The translations under genes and the position numbers were made by a program. Below are positions 1 through 10,603 of a stretch of DNA of 36,857 nt, piece after piece (within the stretch, counting starts at the first letter, position 1; each line of letters begins with the position of its first letter). The notes under the pieces were generated by a model. It searched no databases. It was not told the DNA's origin and worked only from the letters and a program-made list of their open reading frames with translations. The DNA is from Macrostomum lignano (lineage: Eukaryota): contig NIVC01003283.1 in NCBI GenBank assembly GCA_002269645.1, positions 1 to 36,857 on the forward strand, in the 5' to 3' direction.

Positions 1-119
1 CGATCCCCATCGCAGATTGGTCTCTGCTCAAAATTTGGTTGATATTTTATTAATAGGGAATTTTTCTGGGTGTGATTTCCTCTAAATAATGATTAGCATC
101 GTCTCACAACCAGCACTGG

Positions 120-235
120 TGGCAATTCTGCTCATTCCGCCGGCTCCTGAGCACAGACAAGTGCTCCAATACTGTACTCATACACACGCTCACACAGGGT
201 GAACAGCGGCCCTGACTTTCTAATCGTCAGGCCCT
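120..235 (-). mobile_element. SINE-like central domain, shared with the SINE at 13204-13558
   Basis: About 115 bp (attctgctcattccgccggctcctgagcac...cacacagggtgaacagcggccctgactttctaatcgtcaggcc) aligns by eye to 13276-13389. Flanks differ; no tRNA head or TSD seen. Confidence 0.45.
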
Positions 236-784
236 CATGGTTGTGAATCTTACAAAAACCCCTTTAAGCCATCGAAGCAGGGGTTGTCAGAGTCAGATGC
301 GTTTAACCCCCCCCAGGTATTCTCATTTTCACCTACGAGTATTTGTCTCTCTGTTTTAGATTCAAGGTTTATTTTGGTTTCCATCTGGCATCTGCGTCCA
401 GAATTCAGTTGAAAATACTTGTTGCTGAGTAGCTGCGTAATTTCTATATTAATACAAAAGTACGAATAACTTTAGCCAATGCCAATACAACTGATGGTTT
501 TGAGACGCAAAGAATACTTGTAATTGCAACGGTAATACAGTATCATCCAGAAAACAAAACACTTGTTTATAATTTTATGCGAAATCTTTCACTTTGTATA
601 TCACCGAACGAATTTTCGAAAAAATCAAATAGCTACTGCTTAAATCTGTTCGCTAAACTTTGCTTGTTTAAAAATTTGTCAAAAAATCTGTTAACCAGCT
701 TCCGGTCCCGTTGGTTTGCGCGTCAGAAATTCAATGCATTTAGTAGGGCCTCGATTGAAGATGCTTAACTATTTCGATCAACCT

Positions 785-790
785 TATAAA
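785..790 (+). promoter_or_regulatory. Candidate TATA box of the neprilysin-like gene
   Basis: TATAAA about 35 nt upstream of the signal-peptide ATG at 821. Confidence 0.4.
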
Positions 791-820
791 GCATTCCATT
801 CGTTTTATCTAATGATCAAA

Positions 821-3146
821 ATGGTGCTGTCAAAGATGGCGCTGCCTCGCTTATTGTTGCTCTTTGCCTTGCTCGGTACGACTGGCGTCTCAGCCGATTT
901 GGCGAAAAATTTCACCACGACTGCCCTCGCCGATGACACCAGCCAGCCGCCTGCCAGACGCCTGCATGCCTGTCCTTGGCCGCCCAACTCACCCGCCACA
1001 TGAACCTGTCTGCCGATCCCTGCGAAGACTTCAACGCCTTCGCCTGCGGCAACTACGCTGCCAGCAGCCTGTACGACCCGGCACCGTGACTTGGTCTGAG
1101 TACACCGACGAGCCCAGCGCCATGCACTCTGGGTCGAGTCAATCCGCAGCCAGATGGACAGGCGCTGTTCGAGCTGCTGTACGCTCGCCAACGAGTGAAC
1201 AGCTCCGACCCGGACGTGAATCTGATGTACGATTTGGCCAGGGACCTGTTCAGCAGCTGCAGCATCTGGGTCAGGCGGCGCGGCAAACTCTTCAAAGATC
1301 CCAACAGCGGTCGCGAAGCGTCGAAGGACTTCTTCGACGGCCTGTTGGCTCACCTTTTCGACGATATCAATCGCCAAGAGAGCAATGCCTCGTTTGAAAC
1401 AGCGCTGGCCAAAATTTCGGCTGGGTTGTGGCAACTGATCGAGGTGGGTTCCGCGTTCAGCTCGCCCTATTTCAACCCCGGTGGTTCGAGCAGAGCCACG
1501 AGCGCAACGGCAGCAAAGTTCGTCTAACCGTAAACTTGTACCGCTACTCAGAGGATGTCAGCTTCAATGACTACTTAAAATTCTTCTGGACAGGTGCCAT
1601 GCGTTGTGCTGAGTTTTAGTGCTCAGATTTTCAAGCATTTTGGAAGCTGAACAATTTTACTTCACGTGCCGGAAGAGGAAATCAAGCACAGATGGGCAAT
1701 GCAGTGTCGCTGAGGAAATTCTGGAAAATGGTGGCATGGATGTGACTGTAAGCCAGTTGGACGGCTTAAGCAAGTGCGCTTCTCTCCAAAGATCCCTTCT
1801 CGTGGTCGTCATTTTTTGACGGCGTCCTTGACGGTAGTGTCTCTCCCGAGACGCCAATCCAAATCAGAGCCGGTCGGATGAGCGTCCTCGCCTACGCTGG
1901 CAACGTCATTGACACGGTGACTTACTTCAAGACGCGAACATTCATAGTTGATAGTCAATATTCTCCGCATTTTTCATTTCTGATACTGAACTGGTTGCTT
2001 AGCTTTGCTAAGTATTTACCGGCTGACTTGCGAGTCAAGTGGTTGAGCCAGCACAGAGCATCCTCCGATGTGATGGAACTAAATGAAGACCCGATTAGCT
2101 CGTGCATGCAGCTGACAAAGGTTGTGCTCGGACCGGTGATCGAGCGGATGTATCAGCAGGCCTACCATTCTGAGTATTTCGACGACGTACGCAGTCTTGT
2201 TGAATTGGTTCAGAACGCCACAATCGAAAATGTACTCAAGCAGGAATGGATCACACAGAACGCCAAGGACTCAATTGTTGACAAGGTGCTGGCGATGCGT
2301 CAGGAGATTGGATTCAATGCGGTACCAGCTGATCAAATAAAGGAATTTTACTCGTCAACCATTCGATCGCTTCGGGTGAGCAACAATTCCAAAACCTTCG
2401 GTGCCACAGTTGCGCTATCGCTGTGCGCCCACGCTGGGAGGCTCAATAATCTGCTGTCGCGCGGTGGTGACAATTCGGCAAGCTTCTTTCGCTTGTTCAG
2501 CGGTCTCATAGTCAATGCGTTCAGCCGAGCTACCAGCAACCAGATCATCTTCCCGATGGGCATTCTGGCTCCGTTTCTCTATCACCGCAGCTATCCTGAC
2601 CACTTCAACCTGGGCGGCATTGGCGTAGTGATCGGCCACGAGATCGGGCACGGCTTTGACAAGCTCGGCCACAGGCTGAATAAGCAGGGCGCGCGTGGCC
2701 ACTTCTGGGACAATGTCACGGAAGCTGGTTACGTTGAGCGAATGCGCTGCGTTTCTGAACGCTACAGCGGCTACGAATTCCTGCCAGGCATACCGCACAA
2801 CTCGAAGCTAACTCTCAGCAACGACATCTCTGACCTGATGGGCATTCAGTCTGCGTTTGCCGCCATGCAGATGCGGAGGCGCTTGAACGGCGACCGAACC
2901 TCGCTGCGGCTTCCGAACCTGCCAGTCAGCCTCACTCCGGATCGGTTGTTCTTCGTCCAAGCTGCTCAGGCCTACTGCACCAAGGCCGAGCCAGAGGTGC
3001 TCCTCCGGAAGTTCAGGACCTCTAGGCACAGTCCACCGCACATCCGGATCCGAGGCATGATGGAGAACAGCCTCGACTTTGCCAGAGTCTTCCAGTGCCA
3101 ACCGAACCAGCCAATGAATCCAAGCAAGAAGTGCGTATTCTGGTAG
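821..3146 (+). CDS. M13 family (neprilysin/ECE-like) metallopeptidase, secreted, apparently intronless. 5' ~1 kb has at least 6 frame changes (assembly error or pseudogene); 3' ~1.35 kb is open.
   Basis: Signal peptide MVLSKMALPRLLLLFALLGTTGVSA. MNLSADPCEDFNAFACG at 1000 matches the M13 'DPCxDFxxxACG' motif. Also VNAF, GxVIGHEIGHGFD (HExxH at 2637-2651), HSPxxxR and a C-terminal CxxW. Confidence 0.88.
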
Positions 3147-3204
3147 CGACCTTCTTCTCACGGAAACGTGCTTAGATCAATAATTATTTCGGTTTAACTG
3201 CTAC

Positions 3205-3210
3205 AATAAA
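3205..3210 (+). terminator. Candidate polyadenylation signal of the neprilysin-like gene
   Basis: AATAAA about 60 nt after the stop codon at 3146. Confidence 0.4.
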
Positions 3211-4091
3211 AAGCAATAGTGCGTCTTTTATTGCAATAATTATATGAAGTTATTTACACGTTGCTCTAGGCTAGGCAAAAAATCCCTTTAATCAGAGATA
3301 ACGCCTGTGAAAACACAAGCAAATTTTTTGTCAAGATCTCATATTATAGGTAGAAAAGTTGCAGCGCAAAGTTGGCATAGCAGTATGTATGGAACGTCAA
3401 GCATGCGAAACTCGACAGAAACCAGCTCTTACAGTTCTTATCAATATTTTTGCAAGGATCTGGCGTTGCAAATGTTTTGTCTAAAATACGAAATCTAAAC
3501 CAATACCAATAAAATACAATACATTGGTATAGCTACTGACTCAAAAGCTGCTGAATCCAGTGTCTTTGTAAACTTGGTTTGCGTTTATATGCATTAAATT
3601 TAGCTAATTTTATTACCACAGTGTGGAATAATGGAATAATGATAGGAAAAACAAAGTGACGAGCGTAAGCGGTGATTTCTTTTAGAATTAAAACTCCGTG
3701 CAATACATCAAAAACAAACGGATTTCATTTTACGAGCGTACAATGTCAATTTTTTATTCGATTAAAATTTCATCCCATAACACGAAATTTAACTGAAATC
3801 GTTTAGAAAACACTTTGAGTAGACAACAGAGAATGTTTGTCAGATTTTTAATTTAAAATTTACAGGCGAAGAAAATTTTTCTGTTTCTTCGTCGAAAAAC
3901 TTCACGTTTGTACTGATTAAAATAAAGCCGAATTAGAAACTGATTAAGGAGATTAACTTCAAAGAAAATTATTCAAAATGAAAAGCAAGACCAATTTAAA
4001 AATTTGGAAACAAGTTACAAAAAATGATGGCTAATTCGTGCTCTTGCCGTTTAAAGTGAGTGGCAGCTAGATGAAGGTCTCAAATTTTTTT

Positions 4092-5423
4092 CTACTTGTT
4101 AAATCCGGAATTTGTCTGCCCGCCACTGCCGCTAGCCGTCACTGCAGCATCGTAGCTCGGAGGCGCGGCAGTGTACTGCGGGTACTGCGAATACTGCGGG
4201 GCCTGTGGGTACTGCGGCTGCGTCGGGTACGGCTGAGACACCGCCGGGTACTGCGGCGCAGCGGGGTAGCTGCCGGCAGGCGGCGGGACCGTCACCTGAC
4301 CGGAGCTGACCACGACGGAGCTGGCGCCCTGGGCCCGTCGGCGCGCCCGACTGCGCATGCCAGAGTAAATGCCGACCACGATGAGGCCGAACAAGAACAG
4401 GCCGCCGCCGACTAACGCGTAGACCCAAATGTTACTGCTGGTTGAATAGTAAGGAGTGTAGGTGTTTGGCATGGCGTAAAACGTACTCGTGCCGCCAGGA
4501 GGTGCGGAGCAGGCGAATTTGTTTCGATCGCTGCAGTTATCCATAAAAATTGCGTAATACGAGCTTTTGTCGTTGAAAGTCCCACAGCGTTCCCACGATA
4601 GGCAGCTGGACGAAGAGCCACCTGAGTAGCAGCTGATCTCCGACGTCCTAAAGCACGGGTGGTTCTGGAGTCAAACGCACGAGAAATAGTATGCAAATGT
4701 AAGACAAAAGGAAAAGGGATCTAGACATTAGCAGAATTGTCGCCTTCCACTCAGCCAGTAGTGCGAGAATCGAGCTGAGCGGTCGGTCAGTCCGATCCAG
4801 GTGTAGTAGCGCCTCAGGCTGGTCGGCAGCATCCGCATGAACGAGCCAATGTTGCTTTGGTACGTAACCGGAACATGTAGGAGATTCGAACGCATGCTGT
4901 TGCAAGCTCGCTGAGCGTCAAGGTAGTTCCGGCTGCTTTCGATGCTGTCAGTACCGTAGCAGGTGCCGCTGATGTATGTCCAGCCGGGAATGCAGCCGTT
5001 GAGGTCCATTGCTCGAACTCGGACTGTGACGCCCTCGCTGTTCGACTGGTCTCCGGTCGCATCGAAGCGGACCTTCAGCGACTTCGACGGCGTCAAGATG
5101 TTGTGTTGGTAGTCCGGGATGCTGGAGCCGCTAAACAGCACCTCATCACCGGAGCTGATGGTGAACACTGCCGAGCTGACCTTGAACGACTTGAATTCGA
5201 CGAAGAATGCTCGGTTGGGCGACTCCGCGTTGAACTCGCAGCTCAGGTCGGAGGAGTAGCCGGCTTCGTTCTGGCGTCTCGTGGTCAGGTAGAAGTCCGT
5301 CAGTGACGCGCTGACGGTAGTAGGCGAGTCCGGGCTGCAGTAGAACTGCTGCTGGGCCGTGGCCGCCGCAACGAGGCAGGCCAGAAGGACAAGCAGTCTG
5401 TGCAAGCCGACTCTGTGTTTCAT
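4092..5423 (-). CDS. CUB + C-type lectin-like domain type I membrane protein with PPxY tail, copy 1. Exons 5423-4732 and 4647-4092 (415 aa if spliced); the donor reads CT instead of GT.
   Basis: Signal peptide; CUB-like (YSSDLSCEF...LKVRFDA..GVTV); CTLD (CIPGW...CY, AQRAC, WIGL, RCG...C...FAC); TM IWVYALVGGGLFLFGLIVVGIY; RSRARRR stop-transfer; YPQ repeats and PPSY. Acceptor tttag at 4648; the exon lengths keep frame. Confidence 0.82.
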
Positions 5424-6369
5424 GTTTCTGTTTCCTATGGGCTTGTGTTCTGCCTCACTATCGGATTGAGTCTCATTTGCTGGCCTTTTTACTGGCAATA
5501 TATTGCTTCGCAGGACGAGGTTGCCGAGAGAGCTCTGATAAGATATGCCAAGTTATATTTAGTTTCTGGCTACGTGCATCTGCGCTGACGAATGACATCG
5601 GCTGAAATTTAATGCTTGACAATTTGCTGAGCCACTTTCGATGTTAATAATGATAAGACCGCACTTGATGATAAAATCGGAGTGACTACAAACTAAGGCT
5701 GGACGCACTTGCAGTAAATTTTTGTTGCAGAGACCAACGTGCGTTGTCTTATCACAATCAGTTTGCGTGTTTAGGCTGCTGCTTGGAAACCTGCATTGCC
5801 GAATCGCTGAATCGCTCGACATGCCCTGTAGAGAAATGTAAGAAAAACTTTCTATCTTGAGTTGAAAATGAAAGACAGTAAGAGAAGCACATGGCTCAAA
5901 CGGGTAGATTTGTGTCATTAAACTAAGGGGGTTGAGTGCAAAGTAAGAATTAGAAGGGGGTGGAGAGAGCGACTGACGAAAGAGGCGGGATTAAAGAGCC
6001 AATCAGAAGGCAGCGAGGGATAGAGAGAAAACAAGATTGAACCAGACAGAGAGGGAGAGAAAACAGTGTAAACAAATACGAGTGCAGATGAACTAAGAAA
6101 TGACTAAGAAAGTCGGGACATGCCAATTAATCTGATTTCAGTCCAAGCACATTCGGCCTGCGCATGAAATCGAGCTCCGGGGGGACTTTGACGTCAGACT
6201 CGGACGTGTTATAAGCTCCACAAGTCCATCAAGGACTACTAAGCCCTTCTATTCATAGTATTTCGTAATCAGCTGTCCCTGTAACCACTAATTCTGCCGC
6301 GAGGTATATCTGTTCAGTAACTTTAGTCAAAATCTGTGCGTGTGCATTTTTACATGAATATTAAGAAGT

Positions 6370-6693
6370 GATTAGCAGGATAAGTAAAGCAGCAATAAAA
6401 TTTGCTCAAAAATATAGTCTGAAAAGCAAAAAGCTGTAGCTACATTTAAAAAACACCCGTTGTTTAGCGAGTTGAGTCTCACATTCTCACTTTCAAACTG
6501 GGAATATATTCCTTCGCTGGACGAGTTTTCCGAGGGAGCTCTGATAAGATATGCCAAGTTATATTTAGTTTCTTTTAGTTTCTGTCTACGTACATCTGCG
6601 CTGACGAATGACATCGGCTAAATGTCATGCTTGACAATTCGTCGAGCCACTTTCGATGATAATAATAATTATCGCACTTGATGATAAAATCGC
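6370..6693 (-). pseudogene. Empty third unit of the CUB-CTLD array: 3' flank fused to 5' flank with the CDS missing
   Basis: 6370-6470 resembles the 3' flank of copy 2 (7850-7940). 6472-6693 resembles the 5' flank of copy 1 (5466-5680), including a 38-bp exact match (5530-5567 = 6536-6573). Confidence 0.65.
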
Positions 6694-6699
6694 AGTCGA

Positions 6700-7560
6700 T
6701 CCAATCGTAGTACGACCTAAGCTTCATAGTTCATTCATTAGAAACTATTCTTCAGTTCCGAGGAGTGCTCTCGAAGGCGTATTCAGCATGCCAGTGAATT
6801 ATGAGACAGACTAGGCCTGCGGCTACGGGCTACGGTCTGTGATGCTTCACATCTGCCCCTTTTTCTTCAGCAGGTAAAGATTGATGGGAGGTCTGCACCA
6901 TCTATTTGCTTCTGGCAACCGCAGACTACCCCACGCTGTCCCGCAAGTCGGCCCAGGGGTACTAGTCCCCGCGATTGTTCAAGGCAGACCCTGTCTGAAG
7001 GACAGACTGCTCTCCAATGCTGGCGACCCAACCAGTGGCTCTACCGAGCTTGACTGTGCTGGTCTGGCTCGGCTGTCCGCAGAACGTGGTACTGCTCAAA
7101 CGTACCCTCTGATGCCTAAGGCGTTTGACCGTGCCGATGGGATGGAAGGCCGGGGAGTAGTCCGGTCGCAATTAAGCTGTCCCTTTTGTTAGCCGGCTGG
7201 CTAGGGGTGTCGGCCAGCCGAGTACAGCTCAACTCGGTATCGAATAGCCCCCTCCCGCTTCCATCTATAGCATCTCATGCCAATTTTAACGAAGCTGACT
7301 CGGTCGCCACTGGTCTACCGGGGATCAGCTGGTCCAGAAGCTACCACTGCTGAGATGTCCCTGAGGTTGAGTCCAAGCGGGGCCCTACAGCGGGTAGAGG
7401 AGAGGGGAGCCGCGCAGGACTCCGGCAGTCGTTGCGTTGGCCCACCCCTCCCTGTGCTTGGATGGCACCCACTGATTTTCCGAATGGTGACAACTGCCGT
7501 TGTGGTGAGTACCAGTAAAAAACTCAGTCATGACGGCCTTGTCTAGGCGATTGAAGTAAT
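6700..7560. mobile_element. GC-rich insertion of unknown type, possibly part of a non-LTR retroelement
   Basis: GC-rich island in AT-rich DNA that breaks homology with the copy-1 flank. Contains hairpins at 7194-7237. No recognisable protein motif or TSD. Confidence 0.22.
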
Positions 7561-7955
7561 TGGAACAATTATGCAATTTAAGCAAAACTTTTGGCAATAA
7601 GTATAGCTTTGTAATATTTTTCAAAATCAACTAGAGAGTCAGGCAATGTAATATTTTTATGATTCCAACACAGCTTAGTAAATGTTATGAGCTTTCGCTT
7701 TTTACAGGCTTGAATCTCAATCGATAAAAGCTACAAGTATCTGCATTCCATTGCACAGCTTATAAATTTATTCAGTGATCGTAATCTGACAATCAACGAT
7801 GCAACTCATTTGAGGTTTAAATTTTGTTTTATCACAGTAAAAATAAATTATTAGCAGGATAAGTACAGCAGCATAAAAATAGCGAATAAATATAGTCAGA
7901 AAAGCAGAAAGCTGTACTTTAAAAACTGCCCGTTGTTTAGCAATCAGCAGTGTCG

Positions 7956-9270
7956 CTACTTATTAAATCCCGCATTCACCTGGCCGCCACTGCCGCTAGC
8001 CATCACTGCAGCATCGTAGCTCGGAGGCGCGGCAGTGTACTGCGGGTACTGCGGGTACTGCGGGTACTGCGGGGCCTGTGGGTACTGCGGCTGCGTCGGG
8101 TACGGCTGAGACCCCGTCGGGTAGCTGCCGGCAGGCGGCGGGACCGTCACCTGACCGGCGCTGACCACGACGGAGCTGGCGCCCTGGGCCCGTCGGCGCG
8201 CCCGACTGCGCATGCCAGAGTAAATGCCGACCACGATGAGACCGCCGACGAACAGCACCGCGATGACGACGCCCCAGACCCAGGCCCTGCTGCTTTGCAG
8301 CACATAATTGTTGGGCACGGTGTAAAACTGACTGGTGCCGCCCGGCGGTGCTGAGCAGGCGAACTTATTCCGGTTGCTGCAGTTGTTCATGTAGATTGCG
8401 TAATACGAGTTTTTGTCCTTGAAAGCGCCGCAGCGTTCGGACGAATAGCAGCTGGACGAAGAGCCGCCGGAGTAACAGCTGATATCCGATGTCCTAATAA
8501 AATTACAGGTGGGTCAAAATTAAACCCTTGAAAACAGGATATGCTATGTAAGATGAAAAGAAAAAGGGATCTAGACATTACCAGAATTGTCGCCTTCCAC
8601 TCAGCCAGTAGTGCGAGAATCGAGCTGAGCGGTCGGTCAGTCCGATCCAGGTGTAGTAGCGCCTCAGGCTGGTCGGCAACATTCGCATGAACGAGCCAAT
8701 GTTGCTCTGGTACGCAAGCGGAACATGTAGGAGATTTGAGCGCATGCTGTTGCAAGCTCGCTGAGCGTCAAGGTAGTTCCGGCTGCTTCCAATGCTGTCA
8801 GTACCGAAGCAGGTGCCGCTGATGTACGTCCAGCCGGGAATGCAGCCGTTGAGGTCCATTGCTCGAACTCGGACTGTGACGCCCTCGCTGTTCGACTGGT
8901 CTCCGGTCGCATCGAAGCGGACCTTCAGCGACTTCGATGGCGTCAAGATGTTGTGCTGGTAGTCCGGGATGCTGGAGCCGCTAAACAGCACCTCATCACC
9001 GGAGCTGATGGTGAACACTGCCGAGCTGACCTTGAACGACTTGACTTCGACGAAGAATGCTCGGTTGGGCGACTCCGCGTTGAACTCGCAGCTCAGACCG
9101 GAGGAGTAGCCGGCCTCGTTTTGGCGTCTCGTAGTCAGGTAGAAGTCCGTCAGTGAAGCGCTGACGGTGGTAGGAGAGTCTGGGCTGCAGTAGAACTGCT
9201 GCTGGGCCGTGGCCGCCGCGACGAGGCAGGCCAGAAGGACCAGCAGTTTTTGCATGTTTATTGCGCGCAT
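7956..9270 (-). CDS. CUB + C-type lectin-like domain type I membrane protein with PPxY tail, copy 2. Exons 9270-8582 and 8493-7956, 408 aa, intact.
   Basis: Canonical GT (8581) to AG (8494) 88-nt intron joins ...RRQFW|TSDISC... in frame. Same domain motifs as copy 1. Confidence 0.88.
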
Positions 9271-9343
9271 CGGTTATGAGCTTATCGTTCGAATTTGCTT
9301 GGGTACAGCGCGCTGTTTGCGTCGCTCACGGCCAAAGCCTGCG

Positions 9344-9371
9344 TTTTATATGTCCTTGCCGATAAGATAAG
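9344..9371 (-). promoter_or_regulatory. TATA box plus tandem GATA motifs upstream of CUB-CTLD copy 2
   Basis: TATAAAA on the minus strand at 9350-9344, about 75 nt before the ATG. GATAAGATAAG at 9361-9371. Confidence 0.45.
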
Positions 9372-10603
9372 CGAGTTCTATTTTTTCTAGCATATTATTC
9401 AATAATTTTGTGCTTTTGTAGTTGCTAGGTTTATTTAGGCAAACGCACAATTTATCAGTGACTAGTTGGGCTTTGCAATAAGTCTACGTTGCCAGGGTTA
9501 TGAGATCGAGCCGTGTCTGAGCTCACGTGAGGATTGAGCAAGTCGGAGTAGATTGAATATGAGACTCTTCGTGTCGAAAGAGTCTTTAAGATCACTATAC
9601 TCGATCCAGATCAGCATTCTGCAGCTCAGGGGAAGTCCTAAAAATTGAGAATTCGTCCTGTAGCTGTGGGCTGTAATTTTTGTCCTTTAAATAGCAAATA
9701 GGGTTAAAGCATAGTACATACTGTAATGTTCGCACGGCATGCAATAAGTTAATCCCTCGTATGCTAAAAACAGAGAGAGGCTCATCGATGCAAGCAAGTT
9801 AACTGGAAGTCGGCTATAATTTTTTTGATTTTGTGCTTTCTTCAAAGAAAGGAGATTTCCCATAGACTATTCGTGACTGACTGGTAATTGAGTAAAATGG
9901 GGAACGCACAATTCATAAGTGTTAAGCTCAGGTAGTTGGCGTCTTCTGGGCGTTTCTGCGTAATTCGACACACTTGGTCACATTTGAACAGACTGATGCT
10001 TCAGGTAAGCAGCCGGTGTGTTCTGTCTTTTCTTTAAAAAGCTTTTTTCATTGCAAAACCAAATTCGATTATAAAATTCTGTAACAAATCTTCTAATATT
10101 TCTACAGTTATGATTTAAAGCCATCTAATAGCCTGTAGTTCACATGGAGGATGACTAATTAATGATTTTCTCCACATCTGGTGTCTCAAAAGTGCGATTT
10201 AAGCACCGGCTCTCTGTTTTATGACCTTTAGCTTCTTTAACACTGCTTTGCGCCTCATAGCTAGCCAAAATGTCGCTTAATATCTGCTTTGAAAAGCATC
10301 CGGGGTCAGAGCAGCTCTGCGTTAAACGCGTCCAACTCTCGCACCCCATGACCCATGGTTCCATTCCGTGTACAAAAATTGGCCCAGGGTGTTGTCCTGC
10401 GATTCACACCTATGACCTATGAGGGAAAACTCGCGAGGCACAGAGAGTGTACATGCCTAACGATCAGGAGTCACCGGAATGGGCAGAATTGCATGCCATA
10501 GCGTTGTATGAGACGATATCGCCGAAGACTTGGTGTTGGAGTGTCCGCAACCCTCCTGCAGCTATTTTCTTTCAAAACCATCTTTAAAACCCACAGTGTT
10601 GCT

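Noticed and set aside
805-1434. 209-aa minus-strand ORF and other antisense ORFs over the GC-rich genes
   Set aside because: Shadows of GC-rich coding sequence on the opposite strand; no motifs.
5584-5612. CTGACGA...GAAA resembling a hammerhead ribozyme core
   Set aside because: The intervening bases cannot form stem II, and the homologous copy at ~6600 lacks GAAA.
7180-7260. Possible HDV-like ribozyme (stem followed by GCTAA on the minus strand)
   Set aside because: No P2 partner or P3/L3 segment could be placed on either strand.
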